A DNA stretch of 60,258 nt from positions 1 to 60,258 of the forward strand of contig DATBFV010000215.1 of the NCBI GenBank assembly GCA_036558345.1, written 5' to 3'. Of the stretch, positions 53,128 to 60,258 are shown in pieces. Numbering within the stretch: the first letter of the stretch is position 1; each line of letters starts with the position of its first letter. Source of the DNA: Gemmatimonadales bacterium (GTDB lineage Bacteria > Gemmatimonadota > Gemmatimonadetes > Gemmatimonadales > GWC2-71-9). A program made the position numbers and the translations under genes. The notes below the pieces were generated by a model that saw only the letters and a program-made list of their open reading frames with translations, was not told where the DNA came from and searched no databases.

Positions 53128-53209
53128 AAAGCTACAAAAACGGGAGTGGGGAGTGGGGAGTGGTTTCTACGGCGCTCCGTGTAGAACCACTCCCCCACTC
53201 CCTACTCCC
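53128..53209 (-). terminator. long-stem intrinsic terminator made of GGGGAGT heptads
   Basis: The arms are 53142-53170 GGGAGTGGGGAGTGGGGAGTGGTTTCTAC and 53181-53209 GTAGAACCACTCCCCCACTCCCTACTCCC. The stem is about 29 bp and nearly perfect. It starts 7 nt after the HEAT-gene stop. On the minus strand it is followed by GTTTTTGTAGCTTT. Confidence 0.6.
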
Positions 53210-53215
53210 ATGCTG

Positions 53216-54025
53216 CTATGGCTTGGTGAGCAGCTGTTCGAAGAGGTCCAGCGCGCGCGGATCGTCCGATTGCCCGAGCCAGAAGATTGCCTTCCGGCGC
53301 AGGTCGGGGTCCTTGTTCTCCTTCGCGACGCGGATCAGTGCCGGGACGCCTTCGTCGTGCGGCCGCTGCGACAGCGCAAACACGGCCGACTCGCGGACCT
53401 CGTGGTCGGCATCGCCGTCGGCGACGAGATCGGTCAGGCCCTTCGTCGCCGCGTCGCCGGCCGCCTGGCCGACCCAGAAGACCGCCGAGCGCCGTGTCTT
53501 CCGCGTGATGTTTTGGGATTTGGCGATCTTCAGGAGATCGGGCCAGATCGTGACGCTGTCGGCCAGCACGGCGGGGAAGATCGCTTTCTCGGACGCGCGC
53601 GACTCATCCCGCTGGGCCAGGCCGAGCAGATAGGTCGTCGCGTCTTTGGTGCTCACGGTGCCGAGGTCAGTCGCCGCCGTGTTGGGACGCCACTCGCCGC
53701 CGACGTACACGCGCAGATCGGTGATCCGGCCGCTGGTCTTCTGCAGCGCGACGCGGACGGGGCCCGAATCGCACGGGGAGTTCCAGTTGTCGCGGTCGTC
53801 CCAATCGCCGTTGGTCTGATTGCGGCAGTCTCCCTTGTCGCAATTCCAGCTGATCGAGTTCCGGCCGTTGCCGTAGACGCCCGGCTTTGCCGCGAAACTG
53901 AACCGCACCGATCCATCGGGGGATTTCGCGACGCGTTGCTCGAGTGTTTGAGCGGCCGCGGAGCTCGCGAACAGGAGCAACAACGCACCACGCACGACGC
54001 ACGACCCACGGATGTTCGTGTTCAT
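53216..54025 (-). CDS. secreted HEAT-repeat protein
   Basis: Signal peptide MNTNIRGSCVVRGALLLLFASSAAAQ, a Cys-containing N-domain, and 3 repeats ending xAVFWxGQ / AVFALSQ. ATGA overlap with the upstream gene. Confidence 0.75.
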   Translation of the reverse strand: MNTNIRGSCVVRGALLLLFASSAAAQTLEQRVAKSPDGSVRFSFAAKPGVYGNGRNSISWNCDKGDCRNQTNGDWDDRDNWNSPCDSGPVRVALQKTSGRITDLRVYVGGEWRPNTAATDLGTVSTKDATTYLLGLAQRDESRASEKAIFPAVLADSVTIWPDLLKIAKSQNITRKTRRSAVFWVGQAAGDAATKGLTDLVADGDADHEVRESAVFALSQRPHDEGVPALIRVAKENKDPDLRRKAIFWLGQSDDPRALDLFEQLLTKP

Positions 54026-55716
54026 TGGTTGATGAGCTCCTGTAGGCATTGTCCAGCCGTGGCACTGCGAGACTGACCAAGCCAGAACACGGCCTTTTTG
54101 CGCAGCTCGCGGTCTGAGTCAGTCTTTCCGATTTGACAGAGTTTCACGACTGCCGGCTCTTCGCGCCGCTGCGAGTAGACAAAGATCAGCTGCTCGCGCA
54201 TCTCGCGATCGTTCATGCTATCGTAGAGGCGCACGAGGTCGGCGATATCCACGCTGCGATCCTGACCTGCCCAAAACAGCGCCTTCTTCCGGATGTCGAT
54301 GTCTTCCTTCGCATTCAGCGCGACATCCATCAGCCAGTGGTAACTGTCTGTCCCGCCCATCTGCGACAGTGAGAAGAGGATCTTCTCCTTGAGGTCCTGG
54401 TTGTCCGCCTTGGCGAACAGGTCTTTTAAGAACTGCGCATTCTCGGGAGACCGCGTCTGGCCGATCCAAAAGACGGCCTTCTCGCGCAGGTCTTCGTCCA
54501 CATCGCGGCGCATGGCGAAATCACGCAGGACGGCGCCGGCACGTGCGCTGTGGTGCTGCGAGAGCGCGAAGAGAGCCTTCTCCTGGATTTCTTGATCGGT
54601 ATTGGGATCGCGCAGTACCGAGTCGAGCGCTGCGACGGTCTCATCGCCCGGAACCTGAGACAACCAGAACACCGCCTGCTCGCGGACTTCCTGATCGGGA
54701 TCCGAACGAACCGCATTTAGCAGGATGGCGGATGTCTCGGACGTGCGCTTTTGCGACACCAGGAACACCGCCTTGCGCCGCAGGCAAACAGATCCCGTGT
54801 CGCGTCGCGCGAGTACGGTCTTGAGCAGCGGCACCGCGCGGTCCGGATCCATCTGCAGCACCGCATTGAGCGCCGCAATCCGCACGTCGTCGTCATCGTC
54901 GTCACAGGAATCGCCGCGTCTCGAGTACCTCGGCGCGCGTCCCGGCTTGGGAGTGCGTGGCGTCCCGGGAACACCGGGCGTCGGGGCAATGGGATCGAGA
55001 TCTTGATTGAGCGCACGCATCGCTTCTTCGTCGCCCAGACGCGCGAGTGCTCCCTGGATGCGGGTCAACAGCTGATCCGCGTCGCGACGCGTGCTGGCCT
55101 TCTTGTAATCCTTGGCCTGGGTCTTCAGCGCTTCGCGCGCGGTGCGCAGGTTTTCTTCCGAGCCGTCACGGTAGAGCGCGAATGCCTGCCAGTAATAGCT
55201 GTTCGGCACGTAGGTGGACTTCGGATAACGCCGGCGGATGCTGCCGAACAGGTCGGCCGCTTTGGTATACTGATTTTGATTCAGTGCGCCGCGAGCGGCG
55301 CGATACACGGAATCGGCAACGTCAGATTGGCTCTGGTCCGGCCAGCGCGGCTCGGCAAGCTCCTCCGCGTCATCGTCCATGCCCCACATCGCCTCGGGTG
55401 TGATGCTCAGCGCAATCGATGGCCCAACCAGGGCCATTGGGGCGGCCGCGAGCGCAGCCCCGGCCGCCTGCAGCTCGGGAGCTGCCATGGCGAACACAGG
55501 TGCCTGCGCGGACAGCGCCGCAAAGTCGGGTTGTGCCATCTCGAGCGCAGCAGCCGCGGCTTCGAGTGACGCCTCCACGTCGGCGTATGGCGTCACCGGA
55601 ACTACCGCTGCCACCGGCGCGCGGCGATGGGACCGCGGCGCCCGACTGGGCACGGGCGGCGGAGTGGCCTGCACGAAAGTGGTAACGGCGAGCAAGAGGG
55701 ACAAACACGACAACAT
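54022..55716 (-). CDS. secreted TPR + HEAT-repeat protein
   Basis: Signal peptide, a BamD/YbgF-like TPR stretch (NQYTKAADLFGSIRRRYPKSTYVPNSYYWQAFALY), and 8 repeats with the core (K/Q)A(V/L)F(W/A)(L/I)(G/S)Q. Confidence 0.75.
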   Translation of the reverse strand: MLSCLSLLLAVTTFVQATPPPVPSRAPRSHRRAPVAAVVPVTPYADVEASLEAAAAALEMAQPDFAALSAQAPVFAMAAPELQAAGAALAAAPMALVGPSIALSITPEAMWGMDDDAEELAEPRWPDQSQSDVADSVYRAARGALNQNQYTKAADLFGSIRRRYPKSTYVPNSYYWQAFALYRDGSEENLRTAREALKTQAKDYKKASTRRDADQLLTRIQGALARLGDEEAMRALNQDLDPIAPTPGVPGTPRTPKPGRAPRYSRRGDSCDDDDDDVRIAALNAVLQMDPDRAVPLLKTVLARRDTGSVCLRRKAVFLVSQKRTSETSAILLNAVRSDPDQEVREQAVFWLSQVPGDETVAALDSVLRDPNTDQEIQEKALFALSQHHSARAGAVLRDFAMRRDVDEDLREKAVFWIGQTRSPENAQFLKDLFAKADNQDLKEKILFSLSQMGGTDSYHWLMDVALNAKEDIDIRKKALFWAGQDRSVDIADLVRLYDSMNDREMREQLIFVYSQRREEPAVVKLCQIGKTDSDRELRKKAVFWLGQSRSATAGQCLQELINQ

Positions 55717-56387
55717 CAGAGGGCTCCTTCTGTGCGCACCGGTACCGGCCCGGCGGGAATCGCCGAGCGCAATTTGGGCAACACGTTCGATTGGTTCATG
55801 CCTTGTGTGATGAGATCGGCGTCATGACCGTCATGCGCCGGGTCCAGCTGGGAGATCTGCACGAGCACGAGCTCCAGATCCTCGAGCAGCGACCGCATGC
55901 GCTGATCTTTGCCCGCCGGCGAATCGAGCATCAGCTGTGTGGTCATGAGCAGATCGCGCGCCTGGCTGGCAAAGCGCGCACTATTCGCCGCGTGGTTCGT
56001 GCTCAGATCGGCGCGGAACGACGTGAGAAAGGCCTCGGTCCGCGAGAGGTACTGGGTCGCGGCGACTTGGTACACGATGTCGGGGGAAGAGTTGGTCGCC
56101 TGCGCCGAATCGCGTGTGGCGACTGCGACGCTCGGGCCGCGGGCAGTCGAACTCGCCGTCCACCGGCCGATGCCGATTCCCAGGATCAGAACGGCGGCAG
56201 CCGCCACCGCCCACGCCATCCACGGACGTAGCTCAATGACGCGCCGGGCTCGCCGCTGGCGTTCCGCGGCGATGCGAGTCCACATCTCCTCACGGGGAGT
56301 GGGGAGTGGGGCGTGGTACGATTTGGCCGACTCCTTGAGCCACTGTTCAAACTTCGGGTCTTCGTGCTGGTCCATCATGTCGTCCAT
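55716..56387 (-). CDS. putative anti-sigma factor (single-pass membrane protein)
   Basis: It overlaps the ECF sigma gene by 13 nt. It has a short cytoplasmic N-terminus, the TM WMAWAVAAAAVLILGIGIG and a periplasmic helical domain. Confidence 0.6.
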   Translation of the reverse strand: MDDMMDQHEDPKFEQWLKESAKSYHAPLPTPREEMWTRIAAERQRRARRVIELRPWMAWAVAAAAVLILGIGIGRWTASSTARGPSVAVATRDSAQATNSSPDIVYQVAATQYLSRTEAFLTSFRADLSTNHAANSARFASQARDLLMTTQLMLDSPAGKDQRMRSLLEDLELVLVQISQLDPAHDGHDADLITQGMNQSNVLPKLRSAIPAGPVPVRTEGAL

Positions 56388-56917
56388 TCTCCCGCGAAGT
56401 CCGCCAGCGCCACGCGCAATTTTGCCCGCGCGCGCGACAGCTGCGCCTTCGACGTGCCGGTCTCGACGCCGAGGGCGGCGCCGATCTCTTCATGGGTGTA
56501 GCCCTCGACGTCGTGCATCAGAAACACGGTTCGGTAACCCTCCGGCAGCGCGTCGATCGCCTGCTTCAGTCGCACTTTCAAATCCGGTTCCGCATGTCGC
56601 GATATCGCTCCCAACTCGTGCGCGTCATCGATGTCCGCTTCGCGCTGCCGAAACCGCTTGACCTTGCGCAGCCCATTCAGCACGACGGTCGTCGTGATCG
56701 CGTGCAACCAGGTCGAGAACGCCGACTCTCCCCGGAACGAGCCGAGCCGGTCGAACGCGCGAATGAACGCTTCCTGGGTGAAGTCCTGCGCGAGGGCATC
56801 ATCACCCGCGAGCCGGAAGGCCAGGCGGTACACGCGGTCCACATGCGCGTCATACAGCGCGCGCTCCGCGGCGCTATCCCCGGAGCGGACGCGGGCTATA
56901 AGCTGTGATTCGTCCAC
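56375..56917 (-). CDS. ECF (group 4) RNA polymerase sigma factor
   Basis: Region 2 is AQDFTQEAFIRAFDRLGSFRGESAFSTWLHAITTTVVLN. Region 4 is LPEGYRTVFLMHDVEGYTHEEIGAALGVETGTSKAQLSRARAKL. GTG start. Confidence 0.9.
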   Translation of the reverse strand: MDESQLIARVRSGDSAAERALYDAHVDRVYRLAFRLAGDDALAQDFTQEAFIRAFDRLGSFRGESAFSTWLHAITTTVVLNGLRKVKRFRQREADIDDAHELGAISRHAEPDLKVRLKQAIDALPEGYRTVFLMHDVEGYTHEEIGAALGVETGTSKAQLSRARAKLRVALADFAGEWTT

Positions 56918-56998
56918 GACGCTCCGAGGTGACGGGCTGGTCTCGTAACTACTGATGGGACACAGGGAAGGGAAAAAGGGTTACGTACGGCAGGCGGT

Positions 56999-57649
56999 TC
57001 AGCGTGTGCCGAAAAGTCGATCCCCCGCATCGCCAAGGCCCGGAAGGATATAGCCGCGCTCATTGAGCTGCCGATCGAGCGCGGCGGTGTAAACCGGCAC
57101 CTTGGGGTGGGCATCCAGCATTGCCTTGACCCCCTCGGGCGCCGAAACGAGGCAGAGGAACCGAATCCGCTGCGCGCCCGCTCGCGTGAGTGCACTGACC
57201 GCCGCGACGGCTGACCCCCCCGTCGCCAGCATGGGATCCAGGACGAAAAAGGCCCGATCCGCTTCACCAGAAGGGATTTTGAAGTAGTAGTCCACGGGTT
57301 GCAGCGTCGAGTGGTCACGATAAAGCCCGATGTGCCCTACGCGAGCCGATGGAATCAGTTGCGAAATCCCCTCCACCATTCCGAGACCGGCGCGCAGGAT
57401 CGGCACGAGCGTCAACTTCTTTCCCGCGACCTGACTGCCGGTCGTCTTTTCGAGCGGCGTCTCGATCTCCACACTTTCCAGCGGCAGATCCTTGGTGACC
57501 TCGTACGCCATGAGCGTCGCGATCTCGTTGACGAGCTGTTTGAAATCACGCGTGCTCGTCTTTTTGTCGCGCAAGATCGTGAGCTTGTGTTGGATCAGCG
57601 GATGCGAGAGCACTGTGAGGTTAGGGAACTGTTGGGAATCTCGTGGCAT
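56999..57649 (-). CDS. upp: uracil phosphoribosyltransferase
   Basis: [34 protein letters not shown] and [17 protein letters not shown]. The start is set at MPRDSQQF (57649). Confidence 0.95.
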   Translation of the reverse strand: MPRDSQQFPNLTVLSHPLIQHKLTILRDKKTSTRDFKQLVNEIATLMAYEVTKDLPLESVEIETPLEKTTGSQVAGKKLTLVPILRAGLGMVEGISQLIPSARVGHIGLYRDHSTLQPVDYYFKIPSGEADRAFFVLDPMLATGGSAVAAVSALTRAGAQRIRFLCLVSAPEGVKAMLDAHPKVPVYTAALDRQLNERGYILPGLGDAGDRLFGTR

Positions 57650-57728
57650 GGGCGAAGAAGCTACGCGTCCGGTTGCGAGCGCGCGACCGGCCGCTATTTT
57701 CCTCCTCCCCCCGCTTCCAGGAAGGCTC

Positions 57729-58478
57729 ATGCTGCTCGCGTTCGTGACGACTCTCGCTCTCGCCCAGGCCCCCACGCCCCCACAATCGGTCGACAGCCTG
57801 ATCGCCAAATACATCCAGGCGTCAGGCGGGATGGAGCGCCTGCAGGCGATTCAGACGCTGCGCCGCACCGGGAGATACAGCGGCGGCGGCGGGTTCGAGG
57901 CCGTCATCGTGCAGGAGAACAAGCGGCCCAACAGCGTGCGCGATGAGTTCCAGATTCAAGGGATGGTCGGTATCAGCGCGTACGACGGCAGGGACGGCTG
58001 GAAGATCGAGCCCTGGAACGGGAAGCGCGATCCCGAGTCGCTCGGCGAAGATGAAATGCACGGCATCCTCGACGACGCCGATTTCGACGGCCCGCTCGTC
58101 AACTATCAGGCGAAAGGCAACCACGTCGAGTATCAAGGCGTGGAGCAGATCGAGGGGAGCGACGCCTACAAATTGAAAGTCACTCGGGCGAACGGCGATG
58201 TGAGCTTCTTCTACCTCGACACCGAGTACTACCTCCCGATCCGCATCGACACGCAGCGCATGATCCGCGGCGCGCCGCAGGAATCGGAGACCTCGCTCGG
58301 CGATTACAAACAGGTCAACGGCGTCTACATGCCGTTCTCGTCCGAGTCCGGACCGAAGGGCTCGAGCAGCACGGACCGCGGCAAGATCACGTTCGACAAA
58401 ATCGAGGCGAACGTCCCGCTCGACGACGCGCGGTTCAAGCGGCCGGGTGCACCGCCAGCCACCGGAGTACATCCATGA
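57729..58478 (+). CDS. LolA-like outer-membrane lipoprotein-sorting-family protein
   Basis: Signal peptide [34 protein letters not shown]...[20 protein letters not shown]...[14 protein letters not shown]...AYKLKV resembles that family from memory. Confidence 0.6.
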   Translation: MLLAFVTTLALAQAPTPPQSVDSLIAKYIQASGGMERLQAIQTLRRTGRYSGGGGFEAVIVQENKRPNSVRDEFQIQGMVGISAYDGRDGWKIEPWNGKRDPESLGEDEMHGILDDADFDGPLVNYQAKGNHVEYQGVEQIEGSDAYKLKVTRANGDVSFFYLDTEYYLPIRIDTQRMIRGAPQESETSLGDYKQVNGVYMPFSSESGPKGSSSTDRGKITFDKIEANVPLDDARFKRPGAPPATGVHP

Positions 58479-60258
58479 ATCTCTTCCTGATGTTCGTCCT
58501 CGCGCAGCAGCCGGCGGCTGCGACGGCCGTCAAAGTCGACTCCGAAACCATCTCGGGCCTGAGCGCTCGCAACATCGGGTCGGCCGCAATGAGCGGGCGC
58601 ATCGCGGCAATCGACGCGGTGCACGAGGGCGCGCGCCTGACGATCTACGTCGGCGCGGCGAGCGGCGGCGTGTGGAAGTCGACGAACGGCGGCACGACGT
58701 TCAAGCCGGTGTTCGACAAGCAGCCCGTGCAGTCGATCGGCGCGGTCACAGTCGATCCGAAGAATCCCAAGGTCGTCTGGGTCGGGACCGGCGAATCGTG
58801 GATGCGCAATAGTGTCTCGGTCGGCGACGGCATCTACCGTTCGGACGATGCCGGCGAGAACTGGACGAACCTGGGGCTCAAGAACTCCGAGCACATCGTC
58901 AAGATCATCGTCGATCCGACCGCGACGAACACCGTCTTCGTGTGCGTGCCGGGAAAGCTTTGGAGCGACTCCGACGAGCGCGGCGTCTACAAGACCACCG
59001 ACGGCGGGAAGACGTGGACCAAAACTCTGCGGGGCGGAAACCTGTCGACTGGATGTTCGATGATGTCCATGGATCCGTCGAATCCCAAGACGCTCTATGC
59101 CGGGATGTGGGATTTCCGCCGCAAGGGCTGGACGTTCCGTTCGGGCGGCGACAGCGCAACGGCGCCCAGTGCGTCCGGATTATTCAAGACCACCGACGGC
59201 GGCGCGACGTGGACCGAGCTCCCGGCTGGCTCGGCGGGCTTGCCGCCCAAGCCGTGGGGACGCGTCGCCGTCGCCGTGGCGCCTTCGCAGCCTCGAGTGG
59301 TCTACGCGTTTATCGAAGCGGTGCCGCCGCTGAACGCGCTGTACCGCTCGAACGACGCGGGCAAGACATGGCAGATGCTCGATCGCAGCCAGAACATGAT
59401 CTGGCGCCCGTTCTACTTCGCCAATCTGATCGTCGATCCGGGCAACCCGGACCGCGTCTACAAGCCTGACGGCGGGCTCATCGTTTCGACTGACGGTGGC
59501 CAGAGCTTCAGCGGCATCGCGGGCGGGGCGCACGGCGACTTCCACGACGTGTGGGTGGACCCCAAGAACACCGACAACCTGATCACCGGTGACGACGGCG
59601 GCCTGTGGTTCTCCTACGACGCCGGCAACAAGTGGGTGAAGAACGAGAACCTGCCCGTCTCGCAGTTCTATCACGTCAGCGTGGACATGGCGCGGCCGTA
59701 CAACGTGTACGGCGGGCTCCAGGACAACAGCTCCTGGGTCGGTCCGTCGGAGTTTCCCGGCGGGATCACGAACCATCAGTGGGAGAACCTGTACGGCGGC
59801 GACGGTTTTTGGATGTTCGCCGACCCTACCGATCCCGACTACGTGTACGCCGAGTCGCAGGGCGGCTACATCGGGCGCGTAAATCGGAAGACGCACGAGT
59901 CGCGCAGTATCCAGCCGCTGCCGCAGTACCAGGAGAAGAAGCTCCGCTTCAACTGGAATACGCCGATTTTCGTGAGCACGACGCAGAAGGGCACGATCTA
60001 TCTGGGCGCGCAGGTGTTGTTCCGCTCCAAGGACTTCGGCCAGACATGGGAGCGCATCTCTCCCGATCTCACGACCAACGACCCGATGAAGCAGCGCCAG
60101 GAGCAGTCGGGCGGCGTGACGATCGACAACTCCGCTGCGGAGATGCACACGACGATCTTTGCGATCGGGGAGTCGCCCAAAGATCCGAACGTGATCTGGG
60201 CCGGCACGGACGACGGCAATCTGCAGGTCACCCGCGACGGCGGCAAAACCTGGACGAA
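58475..60258 (+). CDS. BNR/Asp-box repeat, VPS10/sortilin-like glycosidase-family protein (3' end outside the window)
   Basis: Hand translation from ATG 58475 (ATGA overlap) is open to the window end. Repeated Asp-boxes are SDDAGENW, TTDGGKTW, TTDGGATW, SNDAGKTW, STDGGQSF, SYDAGNKW, SKDFGQTW and TRDGGKTW. It is not in the ORF track because it has no stop. Confidence 0.8.
   Translation, partial: MNLFLMFVLAQQPAAATAVKVDSETISGLSARNIGSAAMSGRIAAIDAVHEGARLTIYVGAASGGVWKSTNGGTTFKPVFDKQPVQSIGAVTVDPKNPKVVWVGTGESWMRNSVSVGDGIYRSDDAGENWTNLGLKNSEHIVKIIVDPTATNTVFVCVPGKLWSDSDERGVYKTTDGGKTWTKTLRGGNLSTGCSMMSMDPSNPKTLYAGMWDFRRKGWTFRSGGDSATAPSASGLFKTTDGGATWTELPAGSAGLPPKPWGRVAVAVAPSQPRVVYAFIEAVPPLNALYRSNDAGKTWQMLDRSQNMIWRPFYFANLIVDPGNPDRVYKPDGGLIVSTDGGQSFSGIAGGAHGDFHDVWVDPKNTDNLITGDDGGLWFSYDAGNKWVKNENLPVSQFYHVSVDMARPYNVYGGLQDNSSWVGPSEFPGGITNHQWENLYGGDGFWMFADPTDPDYVYAESQGGYIGRVNRKTHESRSIQPLPQYQEKKLRFNWNTPIFVSTTQKGTIYLGAQVLFRSKDFGQTWERISPDLTTNDPMKQRQEQSGGVTIDNSAAEMHTTIFAIGESPKDPNVIWAGTDDGNLQVTRDGGKTWT

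Noticed and set aside
57283-57291. AGTAGTAGT, and TAGTAGTAA at 52179-52187, considered as further DnaA-trio-like elements.
   Set aside because: Both lie inside well-supported CDSs (upp, NUDIX) and are explained by Tyr-Tyr and Thr-Thr codons. Neither has a partner arm or an adjacent box. I did not scan the whole window exhaustively for such triplets.
1-60258. Searched by eye for mobile elements, prophage genes, toxin-antitoxin pairs, restriction-modification or other defence systems, and tRNA/rRNA genes.
   Set aside because: I recognised no transposase, integrase, recombinase, phage structural, nuclease-helicase defence or tRNA-like sequences. Intergenic gaps are mostly under 100 bp. The window looks like core chromosome.

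Overview
High-GC bacterial chromosomal window (about two-thirds G+C by eye). It is densely coding, with about 60 CDS, many joined by 1-26 nt stop/start overlaps. It spans the replication-origin neighbourhood: dnaN<-dnaA | rpmH-rnpA-yidD-yidC-mnmE. I propose the unusually AT-rich dnaA-dnaN spacer as the oriC unwinding module. Housekeeping genes present are RNase P RNA (rnpB, type A), polA, mutS, holA, ddl, pyrE, upp, mtgA, rnd, a cold-shock protein and a cystathionine-beta-synthase-like enzyme. Regulatory and envelope genes include three Hanks-type Ser/Thr kinases, two ECF sigma/anti-sigma pairs, one MCP, an orphan type IV pilin and an MMPL transporter. There are also many envelope proteins of unknown function (GWxTD, HEAT-repeat, SPOR, TonB-C, LolA-like, BNR/VPS10-like). 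The gene content suggests a Gemmatimonadota/Acidobacteriota-like Gram-negative; this is inference only. I found no rRNA, tRNA, CRISPR array, transposase/integrase or recognisable defence system, so this reads as core chromosome rather than an accessory island. The best candidates for something undescribed are: (1) mirrored DnaA-trio-like (TAC)n/(TAG)n arrays around a TATATA core in the dnaA-dnaN spacer; (2) a tightly packed five-gene cluster built around an orphan AmmeMemoRadiSam-type radical SAM enzyme; (3) an ECF sigma / anti-sigma / HEAT-TPR / HEAT cassette ending in a giant heptad-repeat hairpin; (4) mnmE, whose conserved N-terminus has no canonical start codon. All functional claims rest on motif recognition by eye. 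No searches were run.
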